Origin: Pseudomonadota bacterium
GTDB taxonomy: Bacteria; Pseudomonadota; Gammaproteobacteria; Steroidobacterales; Steroidobacteraceae
Direction: 5' to 3'
NCBI GenBank assembly: GCA_021805865.1
Contig: JAJZDX010000011.1
Coordinates: 1,082 to 65,081 of the forward strand
DNA length: 64,000 nt
Shown one piece after another: positions 9,647 to 20,141 of this stretch. How positions within the stretch are numbered: the stretch's first letter is position 1; each line of letters opens with the position of its first letter. A program made the translations under genes and the position numbers. The notes beneath the pieces are model-generated. The model saw only the letters and a list, made by a program, of their open reading frames with translations, was not told the origin of the DNA and searched no databases.

Positions 9647-10417
9647 ATGAAAAAGTTGGTATGGTGGTTAGCGGCACTGACCACGCTTTCTTTTGGCGCG
9701 ACAGCCCAGGCCGCAGGGAACAAGGTGCAGTTCAAAGAGACGCACAGCGTGGCGCCGCCCGAGGTGCGGGCCTACGAGGCCGGCATGAAGGCCTTCGATC
9801 AGTGTCTGGTCCGGAACCACTTTCCTTATCGGGTGATAGCCTTGGTGCATGTAACCGGCGAGGAACATAGATATTCCTACGTGACCGACCCTGGGAGCTG
9901 GAGCGATTTCGACCCATTCTTCAAACAGGCGAATCTCTGCGTCTCCGCATGGCGGACCTACGTCGATCCCCATATGCTGAGTTCGAGCAGCCAGTACGAC
10001 ATCTGGATGCCGGGTATGAGTAATCTGGCGAGCGACAAGACACCAGATTCCGGTGGTTTCTACGTCGTAGAGGTTACACTCAAGAGCGGACACCAAGCCT
10101 ACGAGACGTACGTCAAGGACGTCAGGATGATCTACTCCGCCATGGAGAAGAGCAAATGGGGTGGCCACTGGGCCACGATCGAAGTCAACGGTGGCGGGCC
10201 AAACGCACCGAATTTCGTTCTCATGATTCCGTTCAAGAATTTCGAGGATTGGGGGAAGCCCATCAAGCCCCCCTTGTGGGAAATGATGGCGAATGTCTAT
10301 GGCCGGAAGAAAGCGGACGAGCTACGCAACGAACTGAACGAGGTAGTCAAACATACTTCTTCGCACTATGACGCCGTCGATCCCAAGCTGAGCTACACGC
10401 CCCCGAGCCATTATTGA
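9647..10417 (+). CDS. Secreted protein of unknown function (two similar halves, possibly dimeric alpha/beta-barrel-like)
   Basis: GAGG 5 nt before ATG 9647. Sec signal MKKLVWWLAALTTLSFGATAQA/AG. No family recognised. Visibly lower GC than flanking core genes. Confidence 0.7.
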   Translation: MKKLVWWLAALTTLSFGATAQAAGNKVQFKETHSVAPPEVRAYEAGMKAFDQCLVRNHFPYRVIALVHVTGEEHRYSYVTDPGSWSDFDPFFKQANLCVSAWRTYVDPHMLSSSSQYDIWMPGMSNLASDKTPDSGGFYVVEVTLKSGHQAYETYVKDVRMIYSAMEKSKWGGHWATIEVNGGGPNAPNFVLMIPFKNFEDWGKPIKPPLWEMMANVYGRKKADELRNELNEVVKHTSSHYDAVDPKLSYTPPSHY

Positions 10418-10854
10418 GAATTCCGAAAATGGGCGATATTTTTGCTCCGTTTGCTGTCCAACCGAGAGGTATGTTCGGATGCGGGGAATCGATCTACGAC
10501 AAATGACAAATTGTGGGTTTACGCATAAGCTGCGACCAGTGCCACCCTGAAATCAACCGCTTATCGCCGTACCTGCCACCATAAGCTGCTGGACGAAGCC
10601 CCCCCTCCAGCGCCTCCGCCAGAAACTGGGCCCAGAAAGGGCCCACGAGGCTCATATGTGGAATTGGCCAGGAGCGGCGGGAGTCGCTATTCCACGGTCG
10701 GGTCCGCCACCGCAGAGTCAGCGAATCGGTCGCTTTCGAAGCCCAGAGAAGCAAGTCCGCCGCGCCGGCTCACTCCCCGGATGGGGCGCGGCCGGCTCGC
10801 TCAGTTCGGTCCTTCGTTCCGGAATGCAGGTCAAAACTCAGATTTGCAGTGCCA

Positions 10855-10981
10855 GGAATCTTTATGCGGCATCCGGCTGAGAAATCCCTTATTTTTCAAA
10901 GGCAATTCGCTCCAAAACGGAATCTATATGGACCGCCAAGGAATCTTTACGGGGTCGATCGGAACCATTATGCGGTGTCCC
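10855..10981. repeat. Degenerate 21-bp direct repeat array (core GGAAYCWWTAYGSGG): three tandem units plus one outlier
   Basis: Units at 10919-10939 (ggaatctatatggaccgccaa), 10940-10960 (ggaatctttacggggtcgatc), 10961-10981 (ggaaccattatgcggtgtccc). Related copy at 10855-10875 (ggaatctttatgcggcatccg). The array ends 10 nt from the rho stop codon. Confidence 0.6.
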
Positions 10982-10991
10982 ACACAACGTC

Positions 10992-12248
10992 TCAGCGTTT
11001 CATCGCCTCGAAGAACTGGTTGTTGGACTTGGTGTCCTTCAGCTTGTCCAGCAGGAATTCGACCGCGGCGAGCTCGTCCATCGGGTGCAGGAGCTTGCGC
11101 AGGATCCACATCTTGGCGAGTTCGCCCGGGTCGGTGATGAGCTCTTCCTTGCGAGTGCCCGAGCGATTGATGTTCACCGCCGGGAACACCCGCTTCTCGG
11201 CGATGCGCCGGTCGAGGTGGATCTCGCTGTTGCCGGTACCCTTGAACTCCTCGTAGATCACGTCGTCCATCTTCGAGCCGGTATCGATCAGCGCGGTGGC
11301 GAGGATGGTGAGACTGCCGCCCTCCTCGATGTTGCGCGCCGCGCCGAAGAAGCGCTTCGGCCGCTGCAGGGCGTTCGCATCGACGCCGCCGGTGAGCACC
11401 TTGCCCGAAGAGGGCACCACGGTGTTGTATGCGCGCGCCAGGCGCGTGATCGAGTCGAGCAGGATCACCACGTCCTTCTTGTGCTCGACCAGGCGCTTGG
11501 CCTTCTCGATGACCATCTCGGCCACCTGCACGTGGCGGGCCGCGGGCTCATCGAACGTGCTCGAGACCACCTCACCCTTGACGGTGCGCTGCATCTCGGT
11601 GACCTCCTCGGGCCGCTCGTCGATGAGCAGCACGATGAGGTACACCTCCGGATGATTGGCCGTGATGGAGGTGGCGATGTTCTGCAGCAGCATGGTCTTG
11701 CCGGCCTTGGGCGGCGAGACGATGAGTCCGCGCTGGCCCTTGCCGATGGGCGCGACCAGGTCGATGGTGCGGGCGGTGAGGTCCTCGGTGGAGCCGTTGC
11801 CGCGCTCGAGCTTCAAGCGCTTGGTCGGATGCAGCGGCGTCAGGTTCTCGAACAGCACCTTGTTGCGCGAGCTCTCGGGGGAATCGAAGTTGATTTCCCC
11901 GACCTTGAGCAGCGCGAAGTAGCGCTCGCCGTCCTTGGGCGGACGGATCAGCCCCGAGATGGTGTCGCCGGTGCGCAGGTTGAAGCGGCGGATCTGGCTC
12001 GGGCTGATGTAGATATCGTCGGGCCCGGCGAGGTAGGACCCGTCGGCCGAGCGCAGGAAGCCGAAGCCGTCCTGCAGGATCTCGAGGACGCCATCGCCGT
12101 AGATGTTCTCCCCGTTCCTCGCGTGCGCCTTGAGGATGGAGAAGATGATGTCCTGCTTGCGCGAGCGCGCGAGGTTCTCGAGCCCCATGGACTCGGCGAC
12201 CTTCACCAGCTCGTGGATGGGTTTCGCCTTGAGCTCCGTGAGGTTCAT
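10992..12248 (-). CDS. rho: Transcription termination factor Rho (canonical 418-aa core)
   Basis: [25 protein letters not shown].., RNP motifs, Walker [13 protein letters not shown], near-colinear with enterobacterial and pseudomonad Rho. The ORF stays open a further 64 codons upstream to GTG 12440 (see findings). Confidence 0.95.
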   Translation of the reverse strand: MNLTELKAKPIHELVKVAESMGLENLARSRKQDIIFSILKAHARNGENIYGDGVLEILQDGFGFLRSADGSYLAGPDDIYISPSQIRRFNLRTGDTISGLIRPPKDGERYFALLKVGEINFDSPESSRNKVLFENLTPLHPTKRLKLERGNGSTEDLTARTIDLVAPIGKGQRGLIVSPPKAGKTMLLQNIATSITANHPEVYLIVLLIDERPEEVTEMQRTVKGEVVSSTFDEPAARHVQVAEMVIEKAKRLVEHKKDVVILLDSITRLARAYNTVVPSSGKVLTGGVDANALQRPKRFFGAARNIEEGGSLTILATALIDTGSKMDDVIYEEFKGTGNSEIHLDRRIAEKRVFPAVNINRSGTRKEELITDPGELAKMWILRKLLHPMDELAAVEFLLDKLKDTKSNNQFFEAMKR

Positions 12249-12436
12249 CGACTTGCGCGACTGCATCAGCTCCGCGGGGCTGATGATCTCGGAGTCATCG
12301 GCGTCGAACACTTCCTCGCGCAGCAGCTCCTCGGGACGCCCGCCCGAGTTACCGTTGGCGCGGTTGCCGTCGCGCTCGCGATTACCGTGGCGCTGGCCTT
12401 TGGGCCGGTTGCGGCCCTGATTGCCGAGGTAGCCTC

Positions 12437-12775
12437 TCACAGATTGCTGTCCAGGAAGGCCGACAGTTGCGACTTGGACACCGCGCCGACCTTCTGGGCC
12501 TCGACGGTGCCGTTCTTGAACAGGATCAGCGTCGGGATGCCGCGAATGCCATATTTCGGCGGAGTTTGTGGATTTTCATCGATATTGATCTTGGCGATCT
12601 TGAGACGGTCCTGATATTCGCCTGCGATCTCGTCCAATATCGGGGCGATCATCTTGCATGGACCGCACCATTCGGCCCAGAAATCGAGCAGCACGGGCTT
12701 GTCGGACTGCAGGATGTCCTGCGCAAAAGTGGCGTCTGTGGTATGCACGATGTGCGGGTTGCTCACGCGGTTCAA
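12437..12775 (-). CDS. trxA: Thioredoxin 1
   Basis: 112 aa with the WAEWCGPCK active site and ..[14 protein letters not shown].. fold motifs. Classical trxA-rho linkage. Confidence 0.95.
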   Translation of the reverse strand: MNRVSNPHIVHTTDATFAQDILQSDKPVLLDFWAEWCGPCKMIAPILDEIAGEYQDRLKIAKINIDENPQTPPKYGIRGIPTLILFKNGTVEAQKVGAVSKSQLSAFLDSNL

Positions 12776-13075
12776 CCTCCGTCGAAACAGAGTTTTCTTG
12801 GGTCAGCGAAGGACTTGATGGATGAGGGTGGCAGGTCGAGAACGCCCCTGCCGGAAACACCCGTCAAACGGTTACACTAAACTCGTGAAATTGATGAGTA
12901 TCGAGCTTGATCCAAAAGGATGGTGCCTGCTGGGAAAGCCCCCGGGGCTGGCAGGCGCGGACCGGCTGGTCCGCCCACTGGGGACTTTTTAGCGCTTTTT
13001 CGCGGTTTTTGCAAGGCCCGCGCGGCCTTTCCTTCAACACGAGTATCCTTCAATGCACACGATAAGCCTGGACCG

Positions 13076-14383
13076 ATGAACGAACCACATTTGCACGCTT
13101 CGACATTCGAGAGCCTCGGCCTCACCGCACCCGTCCTGGCGGGGATCCGCGACGCCGGTTTCGCACACTGCACTCCGATCCAGGCACAAACGCTACCGAT
13201 CGCGCTCTCGGGCCGGGACGTGGCCGGCCAAGCGCAGACGGGCACCGGCAAGACGGCCGCATTCCTGGTGGCCCTGTATCACGCGCTGCTCACCCATCCT
13301 GCGCCGGCGGGGCGCGCACCGACCTCGATCCGCGCGCTCATCGTGGCTCCGACCCGCGAGCTGGCGGTGCAGATCCACCACGATGCCGAGGCCCTCGGCC
13401 GCCATACGGGCCTCAGGCATGCCGTCGTATATGGGGGCATCGATTACGAAAAGCAACGGCGCGCCCTCGAGGAAGGCATCGACGTGCTGATCGGCACGCC
13501 GGGCCGCCTGATCGATTATTACAAACAGCACGTGTTCGACATGAAGCACGTGCAGACCCTGGTGCTCGACGAGGCCGACCGGATGTTCGACCTCGGGTTC
13601 ATCGCCGATATCCGCTACCTGCTGCGCCGGCTCCCGCCGCCGCAGCGGCGCCAGTCGATGTTGTTTTCCGCGACGCTCTCGTACCGGGTACTCGAGCTCG
13701 CCTACGAGCACATGAACAACCCGGAGCTGGTGCGCATCGAGCCGGACAAGAAGACCGTCGACCGGGTCCGCCAGATCATGTATTACCCTGCGATGGAGGA
13801 AAAGGTCCCGCTGCTGGTGGGCCTGCTGCGCCAGAGCGAGGCGCGACGCACCATGATTTTCGTCAATACCAAGCGCATGGCCGAGCGGCTCGAGGCGGTG
13901 CTCAGGGCCAACGACTTCCACGCCCAGGCGCTCTCGGGCGATGTGCCCCAGGCGAAGCGGCTGCGCTTCCTGCGCGAGTTCCACAACGGGGACCTGGCGG
14001 TGCTGATCGCCACCGACGTGGCCTCCCGCGGCCTGCACATCCCGGACGTCAGCCACGTGTTCAACTTTGACCTGCCGCAGGATGCGGCGGACTACGTCCA
14101 TCGGATTGGGCGCACGGCGCGCGCCGGAGCCGAGGGAGATGCGATCAGCTTCGCCTGCGAGGAGTTCGCCGTTTCGCTGCCGGACATCGAGCACTACATC
14201 GGGCACAAGATTCCCTCGGCGCCGATCGCTGCGGGAATGCTCGCCACCGGGCTCACGGCACCCGAGGCGGCACACAGGCCCGGCAGGCCCCCGCGCCGCG
14301 GCGGCGGCGGGCGGCGGCCGGACCGCGCGGGACGGCCAGGCTCGGGGCACCGGCCGCGCGGCAAGCCCCACCGGCCGGGCTAA
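13076..14383 (+). CDS. rhlB: ATP-dependent DEAD-box RNA helicase RhlB
   Basis: Q motif (FAHCTPIQ), [12 protein letters not shown] (LVLDEAD), [13 protein letters not shown], and an Arg-rich C-terminal tail. Divergent from trxA as in E. coli. Start at MNEPHL (13076). Confidence 0.9.
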   Translation: MNEPHLHASTFESLGLTAPVLAGIRDAGFAHCTPIQAQTLPIALSGRDVAGQAQTGTGKTAAFLVALYHALLTHPAPAGRAPTSIRALIVAPTRELAVQIHHDAEALGRHTGLRHAVVYGGIDYEKQRRALEEGIDVLIGTPGRLIDYYKQHVFDMKHVQTLVLDEADRMFDLGFIADIRYLLRRLPPPQRRQSMLFSATLSYRVLELAYEHMNNPELVRIEPDKKTVDRVRQIMYYPAMEEKVPLLVGLLRQSEARRTMIFVNTKRMAERLEAVLRANDFHAQALSGDVPQAKRLRFLREFHNGDLAVLIATDVASRGLHIPDVSHVFNFDLPQDAADYVHRIGRTARAGAEGDAISFACEEFAVSLPDIEHYIGHKIPSAPIAAGMLATGLTAPEAAHRPGRPPRRGGGGRRPDRAGRPGSGHRPRGKPHRPG

Positions 14384-14511
14384 GAGCTTCCAGGAAGGCT
14401 CCCTGGACCGCGTACGCCTCCAGGGAGCCGCGCATGGCCTCCTTGCGCCGCCGCGCTCCGGGAAGGATTATGATGGGCTCCCTGGGGTGGGTCCGGCAGC
14501 CGCGATGCGCC

Positions 14512-14742
14512 ATGACGGATACTGAAAGCGAAGACAACGTCGACCGCGAGCTGTTCCGCAACATGGAGAAGTTGCGTCAGCTGCGCATCGAGCACCGCGA
14601 CCTCGACGAGATCATCACCCGTCTGTCGCTGGACATGCACGTCGATGAGCTGCAGCTCAAGCGCCTGAAGAAGCGCAAACTCGCCCTGAAGGATCAGATC
14701 ACCCGCCTGGAAAGCGAGCTCATTCCAGACTTGAACGCGTAG
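14512..14742 (+). CDS. DUF465 (YdcH-like) small coiled-coil protein
   Basis: 76 aa: ..LRQLRIEHRDLDEIITRL..DELQLKRLKKRKLALKDQITRLE.., the pattern typical of DUF465. Confidence 0.7.
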   Translation: MTDTESEDNVDRELFRNMEKLRQLRIEHRDLDEIITRLSLDMHVDELQLKRLKKRKLALKDQITRLESELIPDLNA

Positions 14743-14859
14743 TGGCCGCTGCGCGCCGTTGACGCGGCCGCAGAGCGGGTGGTCGCGCACGCTGAGAATC
14801 AGGATCTGGCACGGTGCGCCAACCGGGATTCGCGTGGATGGCGGGCCCCAAGGCTCGCC

Positions 14860-16278
14860 CTATGCCCGCACCGCCTCCTGCATCTGCACCCAAAGCGCCT
14901 CGACGTGCTCCCGCTCCGTCGTTTCCACGCCGAGCGACACTCTCACCATCCAGCGCCCATCGAGCATCGCCGGCGTGAGGTAGGCCTTGCCGGACTCGTT
15001 GATGCGGCGCACCCAGGCAAGCGTGTGCGTATCGAGCGCATCACCTTCGAGGCCTCTTGGCTCGTGCCGCACGCAGACTGTCTGCAGGTGCGCCGGCGCC
15101 AGGCGCTTCCAACCGCTTGCCTCATCCACCTGCCCGGCGAGCCAGCGGGCGTGGGACAGATCCCGGCGCAGGCGCGCCTGCAGTCCGCTCACTCCCTGCT
15201 CGCGGATCAGGAACCACAGCTTCAGCGCCCGGAAGCGCCGCCCGAGGGGAATTCCCCAGTCGCGCAGATTCTTGACCTCGGCATCGGCGGCCGTGCGCAG
15301 GTAGCTCGGACTGGTGGACATCACTCGAACCAGGTGCCGTGGATCGCGCACGTAGTAGGTCGAGCAGTCGAAGGAAGCGCCGAGCCATTTGTGAGGATTG
15401 ACGACCAGGGAATCGGCCTGCTCGATCCCCTGCCACAGAGGACGGCACTCCGGCAGGATCATGGCCGAGCCGGCCATGGCGGCATCGACGTGCAGCCACA
15501 GTCCGTGATTGCGCGCGATCTGCGCAATATCGGCGACCGGATCGACAGCAGTGGTCGCCGTCGAGCCCACCGTTGCCACGACGGCGCAGGGCAGCAACCC
15601 CCTTTCCCGGTCGGCGACGATCGCCTCGCGCAGCGCCTCGGGCCGCATTCCATATCGTTCGTCGACGGCCACGACGCGCAGGTTGTCCCGCCCGAAGCCG
15701 GCAAGGAGCGCAGCCTTGTCCACCGAGCTGTGGCTCTGGCTCGAGGCGTACACGATGAGCGGCTTCGGAGCGGCCTGCAGGCCGCCTGTCTCGGCGCCGT
15801 AATCCGTGGCGCGCTCCCGGGCGCACAGCAGCGCCACCAGGGTGGAGGTCGAAGCGGTGTCCTGGATGACGCCGCTCCAGGCCCCCGACAGGCCCATCAT
15901 CTGGCGCAGCCAGTCGGTGGTGAGCTCCTCGAGCTCGGTGAGGGCGGGGGCGGCCTGCCAGTTGAGCCCGAGCTGCGCCAGACCGGTGCTGGCGAGATCG
16001 CCGAGCACCGCGGCGAGGGCGCTGTTGGAGGGAAAGTAGGCGAAGAAGCGCGGATCCTGCCAGTGGGTGCAGGCGGGCAGAATGACGCGCGTGAGATCCG
16101 CGAGCGCCTCCTCGAGCGGCTCCGGCTCCGCCGGTGGCACGGAGGGCAGCCGGCTGCGCACCTCGCCTGGCGCCACGCGCGCCATCACGGGATAAGCCCC
16201 GGCCGCCGCGTCACGGCGGTAATCGGCAATCCAATCGATCAGCTGGTGGCCGAGGCGGCGAAAATCGTCGGTGTTCAT
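14860..16278 (-). CDS. Pyridoxal-dependent (group II) aromatic-L-amino-acid/tyrosine decarboxylase family protein
   Basis: 472 aa. N-terminal DDC-type segment (FRRLGHQLIDWIADY), HWQDPRFFAYFPS, and the PLP-lysine motif SLVVNPHKWL. Confidence 0.85.
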   Translation of the reverse strand: MNTDDFRRLGHQLIDWIADYRRDAAAGAYPVMARVAPGEVRSRLPSVPPAEPEPLEEALADLTRVILPACTHWQDPRFFAYFPSNSALAAVLGDLASTGLAQLGLNWQAAPALTELEELTTDWLRQMMGLSGAWSGVIQDTASTSTLVALLCARERATDYGAETGGLQAAPKPLIVYASSQSHSSVDKAALLAGFGRDNLRVVAVDERYGMRPEALREAIVADRERGLLPCAVVATVGSTATTAVDPVADIAQIARNHGLWLHVDAAMAGSAMILPECRPLWQGIEQADSLVVNPHKWLGASFDCSTYYVRDPRHLVRVMSTSPSYLRTAADAEVKNLRDWGIPLGRRFRALKLWFLIREQGVSGLQARLRRDLSHARWLAGQVDEASGWKRLAPAHLQTVCVRHEPRGLEGDALDTHTLAWVRRINESGKAYLTPAMLDGRWMVRVSLGVETTEREHVEALWVQMQEAVRA

Positions 16279-16326
16279 GGCGCATGGGCTCCCGTGAGAT
16301 CGCGATCGGAGCGTGCCCTGGGCGGT

Positions 16327-17775
16327 CTAGGCGGTGCCCCCGACCGTGAGCCCTTCGATCTTCAGCGTAGGCTGGCCGACACCGACCGGGACGCTCTGGC
16401 CTTCCTTGCCGCAGGTCCCGACGCCGTCATCGAGCTTCAGATCGTTGCCGACCATGCTCACCCGGGTGAGCACATCGGGTCCGTTGCCGATCAGCGTCGC
16501 GCCCTTCAGGGGCGCACCGAGCCGGCCGTTCTCGATGGCATAGGCCTCGCTGGCCGAGAACACGAACTTGCCGGAGGTGATATCCACCTGGCCACCGCCG
16601 AAATTCACGGCGTAGATGCCGTGCGCGACCGAGCGGATGATCTCCTGCGGGTCGTAGGGCCCGGGACGCATGTAGGTATTGGTCATGCGCGGCATGGTCA
16701 TGTGCGCGAATGACTGACGGCGGCCGTTGCCGGTGGGCCGCTGACCCATCAGGCGGGCGTTGAGCCGGTCCTGCATGTAGCCGCGCAGAATCCCGTCCTC
16801 GATCAGCGTGGTGCACTGGGTCGCAGTGCCCTCGTCGTCGATGTTGAGCGAGCCTCGCCTCCGGGCGAGCGTCCCGTCATCGACCACGGTGCATCCGGGC
16901 GCGGCCACACGCTCGCCGATGCGGTTGGCGAACGCGGAGGTCCCTTTGCGGTTGAAATCCCCTTCCAGCCCGTGCCCGATCGCCTCGTGCAGCAGGATGC
17001 CGGGCCAGCCCGGCGCCAGCACCACCGTCATCGACCCGGCCGGCGCGGGCGCCGCATCGAGATTCACCAGCGCCTGGCGCGCCGCCTCGCGCGCCAGCGC
17101 CAAAGGCCGGTCCTCGGCGACCAGCTCGGCGAGCGAGAAGCGCCCGCCCGCCCCGCAATAGCCTTGCTCGCGCCGGCCGTTGTGCTCGACCAGCACCGAG
17201 ACATTGAAGCGCACGAGCGGCCGGACATCGGCGGCAAGCTCGCCGTCGCTGTTGGCGATCAGGATGACCTCGTGCACCGCCACCAGGCTCGCGGTGACGT
17301 GCGCGATGCGCGGATCGATCCGGCGCGCCTCGCGGTCCACCCGCTCGAGCCAGGCGACTTTCTCCTGATCCGACAGCGTGAGCAGCGGGTCGGCGGGCAG
17401 ATACAGCTGGTGCCCGGTCCGAGTCTGCCAGGCGTTGACGCTTCGCCCGGATCCCCGCAGGGCGATTGCGCGCGCCGCGCGCGAGGCCTCCGTCAGCGCC
17501 GGCAGGATGATCTCGTCGGAATACGCGAACCCGGTCTTCTCGCCGGCCAGCGCGCGCACGCCGACGCCCTGCTCGATGCTGGCGCTGCCGTCCTTGACGA
17601 TACCGTCCTCCAGCGACCAGGACTCCTGGCGCGTGAGCTGGAAGTAGAGGTCCGCGAAATCCACCGTGTGGGTGAGCACTTCGCCGAAGACGTCCTCCAG
17701 ACGCCCATCGAGGCCACCCGGCCTGAGAATGAGCTCTTGCGCCAGGGTAAGCGGGTCTTGCGCGGAATCGGTCAT
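16327..17775 (-). CDS. tldD: Metalloprotease TldD
   Basis: [11 protein letters not shown] zinc motif and full-length colinearity with TldD. Start at MTDSAQD (17775). Confidence 0.9.
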   Translation of the reverse strand: MTDSAQDPLTLAQELILRPGGLDGRLEDVFGEVLTHTVDFADLYFQLTRQESWSLEDGIVKDGSASIEQGVGVRALAGEKTGFAYSDEIILPALTEASRAARAIALRGSGRSVNAWQTRTGHQLYLPADPLLTLSDQEKVAWLERVDREARRIDPRIAHVTASLVAVHEVILIANSDGELAADVRPLVRFNVSVLVEHNGRREQGYCGAGGRFSLAELVAEDRPLALAREAARQALVNLDAAPAPAGSMTVVLAPGWPGILLHEAIGHGLEGDFNRKGTSAFANRIGERVAAPGCTVVDDGTLARRRGSLNIDDEGTATQCTTLIEDGILRGYMQDRLNARLMGQRPTGNGRRQSFAHMTMPRMTNTYMRPGPYDPQEIIRSVAHGIYAVNFGGGQVDITSGKFVFSASEAYAIENGRLGAPLKGATLIGNGPDVLTRVSMVGNDLKLDDGVGTCGKEGQSVPVGVGQPTLKIEGLTVGGTA

Positions 17776-17806
17776 ATCAGGCTTCCTGGGGTTTCCATCA
17801 GGTGAT

Positions 17807-18622
17807 TCAAGTGAGCACTCGGTGCGCGAGCGCCGGGAAACTCTGGCGGTCGCGCGCGAGGCGCTCGAGATCGATCCGGGCCGTGACGCAGCCGCGACCG
17901 CGCGGCAGCCGCGCAAGAATCCGGCCCCAGTGATCGACGATCAGGCTGTCACCGTAGGTTTCCCGGCCATTGGGATGAAAGCCCGACTGCGCGGGGGCGA
18001 GCAGCGCGCACAGGTTCTCGATGGCGCGCGCGCGCATCAAGGCCTCCCAGTGCGCGCGTCCGGTGGGCTCGGTAAAGGCCGAGGCCACCGTGAAGAGCTC
18101 GGCACCGGCGGCACTCAGCTTGCGGAACAACTCGGGAAAGCGCACGTCGTAGCAGACCGCCAGCCCCAATCGTCCCGCCGGTGTGTCGATGACCACGGGC
18201 GCTGCGCCAGGGGCGATGTGGGCGGACTCGCGGTAGCTTTCCTGCGGGCGTCCGGGCACCTGTACATCGAACAGGTGGATCTTGTCGTAACGCGCACGCC
18301 GCTCGCCACGCTCGTCGTAGACGAGGCAAGCTGCCGCCACCCGGCCGTCGGCCGCGCCGCGCAGCGGCACCGTGCCGCCCACGATCCACAGCCCGAGGCG
18401 CCGGGCCGTCGCGGCAAGAAAATCCTGCACCGGCCCGCTGCCATCCGGCTCTGCCACGCCTCTCTTGTCGGCGTCCCGCAGTCCCATGAGCGCGAAGTTC
18501 TCCGGCAGCGCGGCCAACCGGGCTCCCCGCGCGGCGGCCTCTTCGAGCAAAGCGCGCGCATCGGCAAGATTCGCGCCGACGTCCGCCCCGGAGGTCATCT
18601 GAATCGCGGCAACGATGGTCAT
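17807..18622 (-). CDS. Carbon-nitrogen hydrolase family protein (Nit/omega-amidase-like)
   Basis: 271 aa. MTIVAAIQM.., ..LPENF.., [21 protein letters not shown] (catalytic Cys). Usual position between rng and tldD. Confidence 0.85.
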   Translation of the reverse strand: MTIVAAIQMTSGADVGANLADARALLEEAAARGARLAALPENFALMGLRDADKRGVAEPDGSGPVQDFLAATARRLGLWIVGGTVPLRGAADGRVAAACLVYDERGERRARYDKIHLFDVQVPGRPQESYRESAHIAPGAAPVVIDTPAGRLGLAVCYDVRFPELFRKLSAAGAELFTVASAFTEPTGRAHWEALMRARAIENLCALLAPAQSGFHPNGRETYGDSLIVDHWGRILARLPRGRGCVTARIDLERLARDRQSFPALAHRVLT

Positions 18623-18656
18623 CCCGAAAGCCTACTCCGTCCGGCGCACCGATGTC

Positions 18657-20141
18657 TCAGGCGACGACCACATCGAACTGATCCACGCCGTAAAGCGTCT
18701 CGACCTGCAGGCGGATGGGGCGGCCGATCCCGCCTTGAAGCTCCGCGAGTGCTGCCGATCCGGCTTCCAGCAGGCGGTCCACGACGCTCTGGTGGGCGAG
18801 CACCAGCACCTCGCGGCTCGAGGAGCGCTCCTGGCGGAGGATCTCGCGGTAGATCTCGTTGCAGACGGTCTCGGCGGTCTTGACGAAGCCGCGTCCCTCG
18901 CACTCGGGGCACGGCTCGCACAGCAGGTGCGCCAGGCTGTCGCGAGTGCGCTTGCGCGTCATCTCGACCAGGCCGAGCGGAGAGAGAGAGACGATGCGGC
19001 ACTGGGCGCGGTCGGCGGCGACCGAGCGCTCGAGCGCGGCGAGCACCTGGCGGCGGTGCGATTCGGTATGCATGTCGATGAAATCAATGATGATGATGCC
19101 GCCGAGATTGCGCAGCCGCAGCTGCCGTCCGATGGCCTCGGCCGCCTCGAGATTGGTGCGAAAGCTGGTCTCCTCGAGGTTGCGGTGGCCGACATAGCCG
19201 CCGGTGTTGACGTCAATGGTGGTCATGGCCTCTGTCTGATCGATGACCAGGTGGCCGCCGGAGCGAAGCATCACCTTGCGCTCGAGCGCACGGGAGATCT
19301 CGTCCTCGATGCCGTGCAGGTCGAAGATCGGGCGCGTGCCGGTATGCAGCTCGATGCGGGCAGCCGTCTCGGGCATGAATTCGGCGGCGAACGCCGCCAT
19401 GCGCTCGAGCTCGTCTGTCGAGTCGACCACCACGCGGCTGACGCCGCGGGACAGCTCATCGCGCAACAGCCGCAGCGACAGCGGCAGATCCTCGTGCACC
19501 AGGGTGCCGGGCGGCGTCTCGGCCGTACGCCGCTGGACATGCTGCCAGAGCTTCTCCAGATAGGTCATGTCCTGACGCAGGCTGTCCGCGGAGACGCCCT
19601 GGGCGGCGGTGCGCAGGATGTAGCCGCCCGAGCGCCATGCGTGCGCCTGTCCGGCTTCGCGCAGCTCCGTGACCAGGGCTTTCAAGCGCACCCGCTCGGC
19701 CTCGTCCTCGATCTTCGCCGATACGCCGACGCCCACCCCGCGCGGCATGTACACGAGGAAGCGCGCGGGCAAAGTGACGAAGGTCGTAAGGCGCGCCCCC
19801 TTCGAGCCGATCGGATCCTTGATGACCTGCACCAGCAGCTCATCGCCGGGGCTCACCAGGCGGCGCACGTCGGGCTCGGCCAGCGCCTCGGCCGGCAGCT
19901 CCGCCTCTTCGAGCGCGGGACGAACGATGTCGGCGGCATGCAGGAACGCGGTCCGCTCGGCACCGATATCCACAAATGCCGCCTGCATGCCCGGCAGCAC
20001 TCGCGTCACGCGGCCCTTGTACAGGCTGCTGACCCGCCTCAGCCGGCTGCCTCGCTCGATGAAGATTTCCTGGACGATCCCTTCTTCGGTGAGCGCCGCG
20101 CGGGTCTCGCGAGCCCCCACATTGACCAGGATCTCGATCAA
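18657..20141 (-). CDS. rng: Ribonuclease G
   Basis: S1 domain ([21 protein letters not shown]) and RNase E/G catalytic core (IIDFIDM..). TTG start at 20141 is preceded by AAGGAAGG and overlaps the maf stop. Everything further upstream in the 671-aa ORF overlaps maf. Confidence 0.85.
   Translation of the reverse strand: MIEILVNVGARETRAALTEEGIVQEIFIERGSRLRRVSSLYKGRVTRVLPGMQAAFVDIGAERTAFLHAADIVRPALEEAELPAEALAEPDVRRLVSPGDELLVQVIKDPIGSKGARLTTFVTLPARFLVYMPRGVGVGVSAKIEDEAERVRLKALVTELREAGQAHAWRSGGYILRTAAQGVSADSLRQDMTYLEKLWQHVQRRTAETPPGTLVHEDLPLSLRLLRDELSRGVSRVVVDSTDELERMAAFAAEFMPETAARIELHTGTRPIFDLHGIEDEISRALERKVMLRSGGHLVIDQTEAMTTIDVNTGGYVGHRNLEETSFRTNLEAAEAIGRQLRLRNLGGIIIIDFIDMHTESHRRQVLAALERSVAADRAQCRIVSLSPLGLVEMTRKRTRDSLAHLLCEPCPECEGRGFVKTAETVCNEIYREILRQERSSSREVLVLAHQSVVDRLLEAGSAALAELQGGIGRPIRLQVETLYGVDQFDVVVA

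Noticed and set aside
10494-10754. 86-aa ORF (..MSLVGPFWAQFLAEALEGG..) in the non-coding stretch 3' of the secreted protein gene
   Set aside because: No family is recognised. It contains a G7/C7 run that would shift the frame, and no ribosome-binding site is seen. It is possibly a gene fragment, but this is not supportable.
10855-10981. CRISPR array
   Set aside because: The repeats are only 21 bp, degenerate and directly abutting without spacers. No cas genes are present.
11085-12614. 509-aa ORF on the plus strand
   Set aside because: It is exactly antisense to rho/trxA. The product is Ala/Arg/Gly/Leu-rich with no motifs. Long shadow ORFs are expected opposite real genes in high-GC DNA.
14779-16713. 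644-aa ORF on the plus strand
   Set aside because: It is antisense to the PLP decarboxylase and the tldD 3' end. Its composition is low-complexity and Arg/Gly/Ala/Pro-rich, while the opposite strand carries clear conserved motifs.
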